A DNA stretch of 64,000 nt from an uncultured Nitrospiraceae bacterium (lineage in GTDB: Bacteria > Nitrospirota > Nitrospiria > Nitrospirales > Nitrospiraceae), in assembly GCA_963730935.1 (NCBI GenBank), contig CAVSTP010000002.1, forward strand, positions 448,001-512,000, read 5' to 3'. The position numbers were made by a program, and so were the translations under genes. The notes under the pieces were generated by a model that was not told where the DNA came from, searched no databases, and worked only from the letters and a program-made list of their open reading frames with translations. Shown here piece by piece: positions 38,027-49,841 of the stretch; the first letter of the stretch is position 1, and the number at the start of each line of letters is the position of its first letter.

Positions 38027-38395
38027 ATGCCATCTGAACAAGCAGGACCTGAGGGCAAAGAGGTCACGACGTCGTCTGGGTTGCAGTACATTGATCTCAA
38101 GGTCGGGACCGATGCCACCGCTCAAGCCGGCCAGACTGTCACGGTGCATTACACCGGCTGGTTGGAAAACGGGAAGAAGTTCGACAGCTCCATCGATCGG
38201 GGTCAGCCCTTTTCCTTTCCGCTGGGCGCGGGGCGTGTGATCAAGGGATGGGATGAAGGCGTGCAAGGCATGAAGGTGGGAGGCAAGCGTAAACTGATCA
38301 TCCCCTCCAATCTCGGGTATGGGGCCCGGGGCGCCGGCGGCGCGATTCCACCGAATGCCACTCTCATTTTTGAAGTGGAACTCCTCGGCGTCTGA
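38027..38395 (+). CDS. FKBP-type peptidyl-prolyl isomerase
   Basis: [19 protein letters not shown] and [13 protein letters not shown]. Confidence 0.96.
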   Translation: MPSEQAGPEGKEVTTSSGLQYIDLKVGTDATAQAGQTVTVHYTGWLENGKKFDSSIDRGQPFSFPLGAGRVIKGWDEGVQGMKVGGKRKLIIPSNLGYGARGAGGAIPPNATLIFEVELLGV

Positions 38396-38416
38396 CCTCT
38401 CCACTGTTTCTACGTC

Positions 38417-39526
38417 ATGAAACACACTCCGCTGATCGAACAGCATCGTGTGGATGGAGCGAAGCTCGTCGATTTCGCCGGATGGGAGATGCCCATACAG
38501 TACGCGAGCGTGATCGACGAATATCACGCTGTGCGGTCGGCCGCCGGGCTTTTCGATGTCAGTCACATGGCGCGCATTACCGTCTCTGGCCAAACGAGTC
38601 GGGCCTTTCTTCAGCGGATGACCACGAACAACGTTTCGGCCCTGGCACCCGGACAGGCTCATTACTCGATGGTGTGTAACGAGAACGGCGGCATCAAGGA
38701 CGATATCTTCGTCTACCGCACCGGGGACACCGAGTATTTGCTGTGCGTCAACGCCTCCAACCGCGAGAAGATCCTGGCCTGGCTGTTGGAGCATCGAACG
38801 GCGGACGACCGGTGCCAGATCGAGGACCGTACCGCCGCGCTCGCCCAGATCGCGATCCAGGGACCAGCGTCACGCGACATCCTCGTGGCCGCCGGAGCCG
38901 AAGGGATCGCCGAACTGAAAATGCACCACTGCCGCGACATTCGAGTCGCCGGCATGCGGTGCTTCGTGGCCAGAACGGGTTACAGTGGAGAGCTCGGTTA
39001 CGAACTGAATGTGCCGGCAAGCCAAGCGGTAGATTTCTGGAAATGCTTGTTGCGGGAAGGAGCCGAAAAAGGTCTCAAACCAGCGGGGCTTGGCGCGCGG
39101 GATCTATTACGTCTGGAAATGGCGTATTTGTTGTACGGGAACGACATCGGCGAAGAGACGACGCCGATTGAGGCAGGAGCCGCGTGGGCGGTGAACTTCG
39201 AGAAAGGAGACTTTCTGGGGCGTTCGCCGCTACAACGGCAAACGCAACAGGGCCCATCTCGTCGATTAGTGGCATTCGAGTTGCTGCAGAAATCGGTGCC
39301 TCGTCACGGCTTCCGCATTCTTGATCCTGCATCGTCCCAACCTATTGGAGAAGTCACCAGTGGAAATCTTTCGCCTCTCCTTCAGAAGGGAATCGGATTA
39401 GGATACGTACCGACGGCATTCGCCAAACCCGACACGGCGTGCTCAGTCGACATTCGCGGGAAAATTCTCCCAGCTGTCACCGTAAAGCCGCCCTTTTACC
39501 GAAAGGCGAAGACGGCGCATCATTGA
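38417..39526 (+). CDS. gcvT: Glycine cleavage system aminomethyltransferase T
   Basis: FAGWEMP, LFDVSHM, RTGYSGELGYE and GLGARDLLRLE. Confidence 0.96.
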   Translation: MKHTPLIEQHRVDGAKLVDFAGWEMPIQYASVIDEYHAVRSAAGLFDVSHMARITVSGQTSRAFLQRMTTNNVSALAPGQAHYSMVCNENGGIKDDIFVYRTGDTEYLLCVNASNREKILAWLLEHRTADDRCQIEDRTAALAQIAIQGPASRDILVAAGAEGIAELKMHHCRDIRVAGMRCFVARTGYSGELGYELNVPASQAVDFWKCLLREGAEKGLKPAGLGARDLLRLEMAYLLYGNDIGEETTPIEAGAAWAVNFEKGDFLGRSPLQRQTQQGPSRRLVAFELLQKSVPRHGFRILDPASSQPIGEVTSGNLSPLLQKGIGLGYVPTAFAKPDTACSVDIRGKILPAVTVKPPFYRKAKTAHH

Positions 39527-39570
39527 AACCGGGTAGGTACACGAATGGGCGGCGGTGAGCCCCAATGCAC

Positions 39571-40083
39571 ATGAGCAAGAGCAAGAACATCTTTACGGGA
39601 AAGGTCCTCACGCTCAACATCGATACCGTCACACTGCCAAACGGCGTCACAATCGATCTGGAAATCGTTCGTCATCCGGGCGCCGCCGCTGTGGTCCCTC
39701 TCAAGGACAACGGGATGGTCGTGTTGATCAAACAGCTGCGCCATGCGGCTGGGGGATTCATCTATGAGATCCCGGCAGGAAAACTTGACCGAGGTGAAGA
39801 TCCGCTGCACTGCGCGGCGCGGGAGCTCGAGGAGGAAATCGGCTACATCGCGGGGCGTCTGGAGCGTCTCACGAGCATTCTGACTGCCCCAGGCTTTACG
39901 GACGAGGTCATCCATATCTACAAAGCGACCGGTCTGACAGCGGGTCGGCAACAGTTGGATCGTGACGAAATTCTCGAGGTCCTGGAAATCTCGCTTGAGG
40001 AGGCAATCAAGATGATTGAAGCCGGAACGATCCGAGATGCGAAAACAATTGTGGGATTACAGTTGGTGAGTCGTGGAAGATGA
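39571..40083 (+). CDS. NUDIX hydrolase (ADP-ribose pyrophosphatase-like)
   Basis: EIPAGKLDRGEDPLHCAARELEEEIG Nudix box and DAKT. Confidence 0.92.
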   Translation: MSKSKNIFTGKVLTLNIDTVTLPNGVTIDLEIVRHPGAAAVVPLKDNGMVVLIKQLRHAAGGFIYEIPAGKLDRGEDPLHCAARELEEEIGYIAGRLERLTSILTAPGFTDEVIHIYKATGLTAGRQQLDRDEILEVLEISLEEAIKMIEAGTIRDAKTIVGLQLVSRGR

Positions 40084-40092
40084 CCTGAGTAC

Positions 40093-40130
40093 TTAAGGAG
40101 CCGTCCGCTTTTGGCGGAAGGCTCCTCAAG
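40093..40130. terminator. Hairpin between convergent genes; probable terminator
   Basis: GGAGCC-GTCCGC-TTTT-GGCGGA-AGGCTCC stem-loop with only weak U-tracts. Confidence 0.55.
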
Positions 40131-40154
40131 CTAGCTAGCCTCGCCTTAAGGGGA

Positions 40155-40382
40155 TTACTTACCCTTCTTCTCGTCCTTCTTATCCTTCTTCTCGTCGCCG
40201 AAGGTGTCCATCTGGCCACCCTTCTTCTCGTCCTTCTTGTCCTTCTTCTCATCGCCGTACACGAGGACGTGACCGCCCTTCTTCTCATCTTTCTTGTCCT
40301 TCTTCTCCTCACCGGCGAACGAAGGAGCGCTGAAGGAAATCGCCACCGCCACTGCCATAATTGCCAACAACATGCGCTTCAT
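40155..40382 (-). CDS. Secreted 75-aa protein with three G[DE]EKKDKKDEKKG repeats
   Basis: GGAGG SD, Sec signal ending PSFA, and repeats with a 57-bp period at the DNA level. Confidence 0.85.
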   Translation of the reverse strand: MKRMLLAIMAVAVAISFSAPSFAGEEKKDKKDEKKGGHVLVYGDEKKDKKDEKKGGQMDTFGDEKKDKKDEKKGK

Positions 40383-40441
40383 AACTTGTCACCTCCCGTG
40401 ATTGGTAAAGTGTGCCCTTCCGTGGGCACTACTGGGGTCTC

Positions 40442-40498
40442 AGCAAGCTTGGTGCCCAGTGGTTTTCGTAACTAGTCTTGAAATAAATCAACGACTTG
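40442..40498 (-). promoter_or_regulatory. Sigma54 promoter plus IHF site for the repeat protein
   Basis: Minus-strand GGGCACCAAGCTTGCT (GG-N10-GC), and AATCAACGACTTG at 40486-40498, a perfect IHF consensus. Confidence 0.72.
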
Positions 40499-40601
40499 TT
40501 GCCTTGATAGCCACCCGGTCGCCTCATCGATCCACCGGAAATACTGTGGCAGAATAGCCGGCCTCGGCTAAACTGCCTCAGCTCCAAACGCTGTGACGCA
40601 A

Positions 40602-41165
40602 ATGGCCACCTCACCGGCTCAGCCAGGGCAGCTCCTAGACCACCTGCGGCCAGGGGCGTCTATCGTGTTTGTGGGCATCAACCCAGGGGCTCGATCAGCC
40701 GCCGTGGGACACCATTTTGCGGGCGCTTCGAACCGCTTTTGGAAACTCCTCTTCGATTCTGGCCTGATCGATGAGCCGCTCACCTATAGGGAGGATTGGC
40801 GGCTCCCCGAGTGGCGGCTTGGGCTGACCAATATCATCGGACGAAGCAGTGTCGGCATTGGTGAATTGAGTCCCGCAGAGTACCTGGCAGGACTTGGTGC
40901 GCTCGAGCGAAAAATCCGTCGCTACCGACCTCGAACCGTCGCGTTCCTGGGAGTGACCATCTATCGGATGCTGTTCCCTCACCTGTGTGGATTAACGCTG
41001 CTCAATCTTGGGCCTACCAAGGCTCGGTTGGCCGGCGCACCGGTGTTTTTGCTCCCGAACCCGAGTGGGCGAAATGCACATTATTCGTACGATCAAATGC
41101 TCAGCGCGTTTATCATGCTGCGCAAACACACGCACCGATCCAGCCAGAACAATCGTCGTGCATGA
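40602..41165 (+). CDS. mug: G/U mismatch-specific DNA glycosylase
   Basis: FVGINPG, HHFAGASNRFW, GLTN and LPNPSGRN. Confidence 0.93.
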   Translation: MATSPAQPGQLLDHLRPGASIVFVGINPGARSAAVGHHFAGASNRFWKLLFDSGLIDEPLTYREDWRLPEWRLGLTNIIGRSSVGIGELSPAEYLAGLGALERKIRRYRPRTVAFLGVTIYRMLFPHLCGLTLLNLGPTKARLAGAPVFLLPNPSGRNAHYSYDQMLSAFIMLRKHTHRSSQNNRRA

Positions 41166-41402
41166 ACTGTTCGATTCGCCGCAAAACCGAGAGCATTTTC
41201 AGTTCCCTCCGGAAGTCGAATCCGTCCGCACTGAAAACAGCATTTCGTGATTGCCGCTCGGTAGGCGCCCCCGTCACTCGTCGTCATCTCTCTCCTGGAA
41301 CAGCCTGGCCAATCGTGCTATCTTCATCGCGCCAGAAAGTCGCTCGTCACTGGGTGATTGGCCACAGAGGAACGTATCTCCTCGTCAACCGCGGAGCCAT
41401 GT

Positions 41403-42182
41403 ATGTTGCTGAGTGGGAAAAAAGGATTGATCGTTGGCGTGGCCAACAAGCACAGTATCGCCTGGGCCATCGCTCAATCCGCCGCCGGCCAGGGAGCACA
41501 GCTCTTTTTCAACTATCAGAACGACCGCCTCAAAGAGAACGTCGAAGAATTAGTCGCCACCCTCCCAGGCTCCAAAGCGTTCCCCTGCGATGCAGGAGAT
41601 GATGCCCAGATCGATTCGTTGATGAACCACGTCGGAAAGGAAGCCGGCAAGCTCGATTTCCTGATTCATTCCATTGCCTTTGCGCCGCGTGAAGAACTCA
41701 CGGGACAGTTTGTCAACACGACACGCAACGGTTTCGCCACAGCGCTCGATGTCAGCGCCTATTCGCTCGTCGCGCTGACGCGCGCGGCCCTGCCGCTGAT
41801 GACGGAGGGCGGATCCGTCGTGACGCTGACGTATCTTGGCGCGGAACGAGTCGTGCCCCACTACAACGTCATGGGTGTCGCAAAGGCCGCGCTCGAAGCC
41901 ACCGTTCGCTATCTCGCCCATGATCTGGGGCCTCGGAACATCCGCGTGAACGCGATTTCGGCGGGTCCCATCAAGACCCTGGCCGCCCGCGGCGTCTCGG
42001 GCATCAGCAAAATGGTCGATCATCATAAAGAATTTGCCCCGCTACGCCGGGCCACGGAGCAGGGAGAAGTCGGCGACACGGCGCTGTTCCTGGTTAGTCC
42101 GCTTGGACGGGGAATTACGGGCGAAGTGATTTACGTCGATGGCGGATACAATATCCTGGGATCGCTCGCTTCGGTGGAGTAG
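41403..42182 (+). CDS. fabI: Enoyl-ACP reductase
   Basis: GVANKHSIAWAIA, YNVMGVAK and NAISAGPIKTLAA. Confidence 0.96.
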   Translation: MLLSGKKGLIVGVANKHSIAWAIAQSAAGQGAQLFFNYQNDRLKENVEELVATLPGSKAFPCDAGDDAQIDSLMNHVGKEAGKLDFLIHSIAFAPREELTGQFVNTTRNGFATALDVSAYSLVALTRAALPLMTEGGSVVTLTYLGAERVVPHYNVMGVAKAALEATVRYLAHDLGPRNIRVNAISAGPIKTLAARGVSGISKMVDHHKEFAPLRRATEQGEVGDTALFLVSPLGRGITGEVIYVDGGYNILGSLASVE

Positions 42183-42245
42183 ACACGACCACGTCTCTTC
42201 GGCGCCGCTCCGAAAATCAGCAACCGGATCGAGGCCCTGCCACAG

Positions 42246-42656
42246 TTATTCGATCGATCGCCTCAACGCCTTCAATCGACCCGCCTTCTTTTTCGATTCC
42301 AGTCTCCGCGTCCGCGAACCTCTCGTAGGAACTGTAGGCCTGCGCGGTTTTCGAGGAACCGCCACGCTCTGAATGAGCGTGCGCAGCCGTGCAATGGCGT
42401 CATCACGATTCTGGTCCTGGCTCCGGGATTGCTGTGCCTTGATCGTCAGGACTCCCGCTTCAGAGATGCGGTGGTCGCGCAGCTTGAGCAGCCGTTCCTT
42501 GTACGGCGCCGGCAAGGACGAGGCGGCGATGTCGAACCGCAAGTGAACAGCCGATGAGACCTTGTTGACATGTTGGCCGCCTGCGCCTTGAGCTCGGACG
42601 GCGTGGATTTCGATTTCTGTATCAGGAATCGTAATGTGGGATGAAAGCTGCAGCAT
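42246..42656 (-). CDS. arfB: Alternative ribosome rescue factor B (peptidyl-tRNA hydrolase)
   Basis: GAGGQHVNK, RSQDQNR and a basic C-tail RRLESKK. Confidence 0.94.
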   Translation of the reverse strand: MLQLSSHITIPDTEIEIHAVRAQGAGGQHVNKVSSAVHLRFDIAASSLPAPYKERLLKLRDHRISEAGVLTIKAQQSRSQDQNRDDAIARLRTLIQSVAVPRKPRRPTVPTRGSRTRRLESKKKAGRLKALRRSIE

Positions 42657-42775
42657 GCGGCGCAATACCGTGTCCAAGAGACATTGTTTCACAGACGCAT
42701 CGACACGGACAAGCGTGGCCGTGCCGTCAACACCTTCACCGTGCAAGCCGTGAACAAGTGAAATTGGACGAGGAG

Positions 42776-43000
42776 CTAGCGCAGTTCCGGCAGACGGTCG
42801 ATAATGCGGAGCCGAACTTCGTCGCCAACCTGCATCTGCACCATTTTAGTCGCGAGACTAGCGCGCACACGCTGGGCATCCTCCAGCTTGAACTGCACCT
42901 GGCCTCCGCAACGCTCGACAAGGTGAAAGAGCAGCATCGTGGTGAGCCGGTGGAGTTCCTCGTCGGTGGTGTGCTGGCTCATGTTGAGGATCTGGGACAT
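42776..43000 (-). CDS. Hypothetical protein (about 74 aa)
   Basis: MSQILNMSQHTTDEELHRL..., preceded by an AAAGGG SD-like element. Fills the intergenic gap. Confidence 0.65.
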   Translation of the reverse strand: MSQILNMSQHTTDEELHRLTTMLLFHLVERCGGQVQFKLEDAQRVRASLATKMVQMQVGDEVRLRIIDRLPELR

Positions 43001-43121
43001 GCGAGCAGCCCTTTCTTGGTGAGACTGTGACACACACCTTATGGCTGAAGACGAGTCCCACCCACAATGCCCCGAAAGAAGGGGGCCGCGCCATCGCGAA
43101 AAATCCTTACGATACAGTATC

Positions 43122-44447
43122 TTAGGAGGAGTTGCCCGCCAGTACGCGGATCTCATTGAGGACGGTCTCGATCTCGGCTTCTGAGTTCAGGAGACCCGGC
43201 GCCACTCGCGCGTACTGCGTGGCATATGGCGTCACGCTGGCCACGATGCCCTTGCGACGCAACTCGGTAACGACCTGGTCCGGTGACATACCCGCGACTT
43301 CAAAACATACGATGCCGGCAGACAGATCGTGCGACAAAGGGGTGTGGAGCGTAATCCGGCGCATGGCCGCCAGTCCTTGCTTGAGCTGATCGTTCAAATC
43401 CTGAATCCTCCTTGTCACGCGGGACTTCCCCAAAGCCTGGTGAAATTGGAAGGCTTGATCCAGCGCCCACCGGTGTTCAAAGGAATGGAAACCTCCCGGA
43501 GTCATGTAGACGGCGGGAGGGAGCGGCCGCGGCGGGATGACTTTCATCCACATGTCGTACGCGTCTGAATCGAAGGTCGGAATGATGGCCTTGGCGAGCG
43601 GCCAGGCTCGAGGATGTCCCCATACCAACCCCGTTCCCCTCGGACCGAACATCCATTTGTGCGTCCCGGCGATCAGAAAATCGCAGCCCACTTCGCTTAG
43701 ACGGAAATCCTCCATCCCCAGGGCGTGAACTCCATCGACGCACAAGATGATCCGGTCCTTCTCGGCTCTCGACGCATTGAGTCGCTGCATGGCCCGAGCC
43801 ATTTCGGCAATGGGGAGCTTCAGTCCCGTGCTGGAATGCACCCAGGTGACCGCCACGATCTTTGTCCGAGGTCGTACTGCCTTGACGAGCGTCTCCACCA
43901 GACTCTCTTGAGTGACTCTGCGCAGATCTTCATACAGCGGGATACGACGCAGCGTGGCGCCCGTGCGTTCGGCCCTGAGCCGCAGTGAGGTTTCCGTCGA
44001 ATAGTGGTCGTGGGTCGTCGTCAAGATTTCGTGGTGTCGGTTGAGGGCCAGGCCTCCGTAGAGCAGCCCCAATCCCATGGTCGTGCTGTCTGTCAAGGCA
44101 ATCTCAGTGGGATCGACCGCAAGGTAGGCTGCCGCAGCATGAAGCACGGCGGCCTCCTGTTTTTTTTCATGGGCGAACCAATAGCCGATCGGATCGGCGT
44201 CCAATCCCGCCCGGTGTCGTTCGATGGCCTCACGTACCGGCGTCGGGTGGGAGGCGAGAAAAAAGCCTGCGAGGTGGATCAGATCGCGCGAGAGGAGAAA
44301 TTGATCGCGCACCGCCTGCCACTCTGGAGGATTTGCCGGCTCAAGAGAAGAGGCTCTCGAGAGCGGGAAGCTCTCAGATGACAGAAGCGCAGCGCTTAAT
44401 GCGAGGCCGGAGCGGACAAGAAACCCTCGGCGATCGATCACGTGCAT
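43122..44447 (-). CDS. Tat-exported class V PLP aminotransferase, PvdN-like
   Basis: DRRGFL Tat motif, VDGVH, and GTHKWMFGPRGTG with the PLP Lys. SHPTPVREAIERHR and PGGFHSFEHRWAL resemble PvdN. Confidence 0.85.
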   Translation of the reverse strand: MHVIDRRGFLVRSGLALSAALLSSESFPLSRASSLEPANPPEWQAVRDQFLLSRDLIHLAGFFLASHPTPVREAIERHRAGLDADPIGYWFAHEKKQEAAVLHAAAAYLAVDPTEIALTDSTTMGLGLLYGGLALNRHHEILTTTHDHYSTETSLRLRAERTGATLRRIPLYEDLRRVTQESLVETLVKAVRPRTKIVAVTWVHSSTGLKLPIAEMARAMQRLNASRAEKDRIILCVDGVHALGMEDFRLSEVGCDFLIAGTHKWMFGPRGTGLVWGHPRAWPLAKAIIPTFDSDAYDMWMKVIPPRPLPPAVYMTPGGFHSFEHRWALDQAFQFHQALGKSRVTRRIQDLNDQLKQGLAAMRRITLHTPLSHDLSAGIVCFEVAGMSPDQVVTELRRKGIVASVTPYATQYARVAPGLLNSEAEIETVLNEIRVLAGNSS

Positions 44448-44510
44448 GCATACAACTCCATGGCGTGATTCGTACTCTACCGCCGGGAACGATGCGCGGC
44501 AAGAGACGGG

Positions 44511-47399
<2,889 letters not shown>

Positions 47400-47623
47400 G
47401 AGAGGTGATAGGCTCTGATTCGGCGTCGATGCACGTATAATTGGAAGATTATCATGCCCAACCCCACTTCTCCAAGCGGAGATGTCGGTCGGTCGGCATC
47501 CCCATTGGGGGGGTAGATGCTCCAGGTATCCCCCAGATCGCCCCCGGGTCCGGCCGCTCCGTTCGTCCACTGGAAATGGCCGGCAGCAGGTTTGCTATAA
47601 TCCATAATTCTCTATTGGCCGTC

Positions 47624-48295
47624 ATGCGCATCCTCGTCATCGAAGATGAAACCAAAGTCGGTTGCTTCATCAAGCGCGCGCTTGAAGAGGAAAGTTACGC
47701 GGTCGACTTGTGCGAAGACGGGGCCAAGGGTCTGGAGATGGCGCTGACGACCAATTATGACTCGATCATCGTGGATCTCATGCTCCCGTCGCTGTCGGGG
47801 CTCGACATCGTCAAAGGCATCCGCCGCGAACGCATCCAGACGCCGATCCTCATTTTGACCGCGCAATCCCAGGTCGATCAGCGCGTCAAAGGCCTCGACG
47901 CCGGCGCCGATGACTATCTCACCAAGCCGTTTGCCATCGATGAGCTCTTGGCCCGCGTGCGGGCGCTCCTGCGCCGGGGAGCCACCGACAGCCCCGGCAT
48001 CTTACAGATCGACGACCTCGTGCTGAATCCGGCCACGCGTGAGGTGACGCGTGGAGGACAGCGCATTGAGTTGACCTTGAAGGAGTACGCGCTGCTGGAA
48101 TATCTCATGCGCCATACGGGCCGCGTCCTTACTCGCCCTATGATCTCCGAGCACGTGTGGAACCAGGATTTTGACACCTTCACGAACGTCATCGACGTCT
48201 ACGTCAACTACCTCCGCAACAAGGTCGACCGCGGGCGCACCAAAAAGCTGATCCATACCATTCGTGGCAGTGGGTACATGCTGAAGGCCGACTAG
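47624..48295 (+). CDS. OmpR-family response regulator
   Basis: MRILVIEDE, DLMLP, GADDYLTKPF and the winged-helix segment NVIDVYVNYLRNK. Confidence 0.95.
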   Translation: MRILVIEDETKVGCFIKRALEEESYAVDLCEDGAKGLEMALTTNYDSIIVDLMLPSLSGLDIVKGIRRERIQTPILILTAQSQVDQRVKGLDAGADDYLTKPFAIDELLARVRALLRRGATDSPGILQIDDLVLNPATREVTRGGQRIELTLKEYALLEYLMRHTGRVLTRPMISEHVWNQDFDTFTNVIDVYVNYLRNKVDRGRTKKLIHTIRGSGYMLKAD

Positions 48296-48321
48296 GCGAT
48301 GGCCTGCACAGGAGACGACTG

Positions 48322-49725
48322 ATGCCGCTGCGCCTTCGACTCAGTCTCTGGTACGGCAGCGCCCTCGCCTTGATTCTGGTGGCCTTCTCGACCGTCCTGT
48401 ACTTTGTCACAGCTCGAAGCCTTCGAGACGCGCTCGATCAATCGCTCGAAGAAACCGCCGCCGCTGCCGTGCGCTCGCTCGAAGAACGCGGGTTCCTTCC
48501 GCTGATCGACGAAGAAGAGCTCATGTCGCAATTCCCTGAATTGGCGCGCATCGACAAGTTCTTCCAGATCTTCAGTCCGTCCGGGACCATTACCATCCGC
48601 TCCCCCAACGTCAAACAGCACGAATTGCCGCTCAGCCGCCGTGCCCTTGAGGTGGCGTTCAGCGGACAGACGATTTATGAATCGGCCAAGTATCCCAAGG
48701 AACCTCCGCTCCGGCTGATCTCAGTCCCGATCATTTATCGCGGCAACCTGCTCTACATCATCCAGGTCGGCACGTCGATGGAGTCGGTCGACCAGACCTT
48801 GAATCGACTGCTGCTGGTGCTCCTGGTGACCATGCCGCTCGCGCTGGCTGTGTCGCTGGCCGGAGGTTGGTTTCTCGCCGGCCGCGCGCTCCGCCCCGTC
48901 GATGCCATTACGCTTGCTGCCCAGCGGATCGCGGCTGGAGATCTCACGCAGCGGCTAAACGTGCCAACCTCCGCCGATGAAATCGGACGACTCGCCGGCA
49001 CGTTCAACAACATGATCGCCAGGCTCGAAACCTCATTCCGGCAGATTCGTCAGTTCAGCAGCGACGCTTCGCACGAGTTGCGCACACCGCTGACCGTCAT
49101 GAAGGGCGAGACCGAGCTGGCCCTGCGGCGGCCCCGCGAAGCGCGGGACTATACGGTGGTTCTCGAGAGCAACCTGGAGGAAATCGACCGCATGACCCGC
49201 ATCGTCGACGAATTGCTCTTTTTGTCCCGCGCGGACATGGGGGAGGTCAAGACAGAGCGCCTGCCGGTAAAACTCGAGTCACTGCTGGAAGACATCCACC
49301 GGCAGGCGTCCCTACTCGGCCAGGAACGCAATGTCCAAGTCGTGCTGGGACTCGTCATGCCGGCCGTTGTGTTGGGCGACGAATTGCGCTTGCGCGAGCT
49401 ATTTTTGAACCTCGTGGATAACGCCGTCAAATATTCACATCCCAGCGGAACGGTGGACATTTCCCTGATCACGCAAGGCAATCAGGCCAAGTTCATCATT
49501 GCGGATCAGGGCATCGGCATTTCGCGCGAAGAGCAACAACACATCTTCGACCGGTTCTACCGCACCGACGACGCGAGGACCCATACGAAGAAAGGCACGG
49601 GATTGGGCCTCGCCATCTGCGCTTGGATTGCAGACTCCCACCATGGCCGCATCGAGGTACAGAGCGAGCCGAATAAGGGTTCGACCTTTACCGTCCTGCT
49701 GCCGTTGGCTCCGCCATCCTCTTAG
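48322..49725 (+). CDS. Sensor histidine kinase (HAMP-HisKA-HATPase)
   Basis: Two TM segments, DASHELRTPL, NLVDNAVKY, DQGIG and GTGLGL. Confidence 0.95.
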   Translation: MPLRLRLSLWYGSALALILVAFSTVLYFVTARSLRDALDQSLEETAAAAVRSLEERGFLPLIDEEELMSQFPELARIDKFFQIFSPSGTITIRSPNVKQHELPLSRRALEVAFSGQTIYESAKYPKEPPLRLISVPIIYRGNLLYIIQVGTSMESVDQTLNRLLLVLLVTMPLALAVSLAGGWFLAGRALRPVDAITLAAQRIAAGDLTQRLNVPTSADEIGRLAGTFNNMIARLETSFRQIRQFSSDASHELRTPLTVMKGETELALRRPREARDYTVVLESNLEEIDRMTRIVDELLFLSRADMGEVKTERLPVKLESLLEDIHRQASLLGQERNVQVVLGLVMPAVVLGDELRLRELFLNLVDNAVKYSHPSGTVDISLITQGNQAKFIIADQGIGISREEQQHIFDRFYRTDDARTHTKKGTGLGLAICAWIADSHHGRIEVQSEPNKGSTFTVLLPLAPPSS

Positions 49726-49730
49726 CGACT

Positions 49731-49758
49731 TCTAATACCTTCCTAATCGATCTCTCAT
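49731..49758 (+). promoter_or_regulatory. Putative OmpR-family operator upstream of degP
   Basis: CTAAT, CTAAT and CTCAT at 49732, 49743 and 49754, an exact 11-bp period. Confidence 0.55.
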
Positions 49759-49841
49759 TGCCGGGTGTTACCGTCCTCGAGTATGGATTTTTCAGACGAG
49801 AACCGTCGGCAAGTCCCATTCTCCATCAACAAGGAGGTCGT

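Noticed and set aside
40160..40315. CRISPR-like repeat-spacer array
   Set aside because: The repeats are in frame with synonymous variation, the spacers are only about 15 bp, there are no cas genes, and they lie inside a signal-peptide ORF.
47400..47623. Glycine riboswitch upstream of gcvP
   Set aside because: Hairpins and a G7 tract are present, but I could not find the GGAGA...CCGAAG...CTCTCAGG aptamer core in order.
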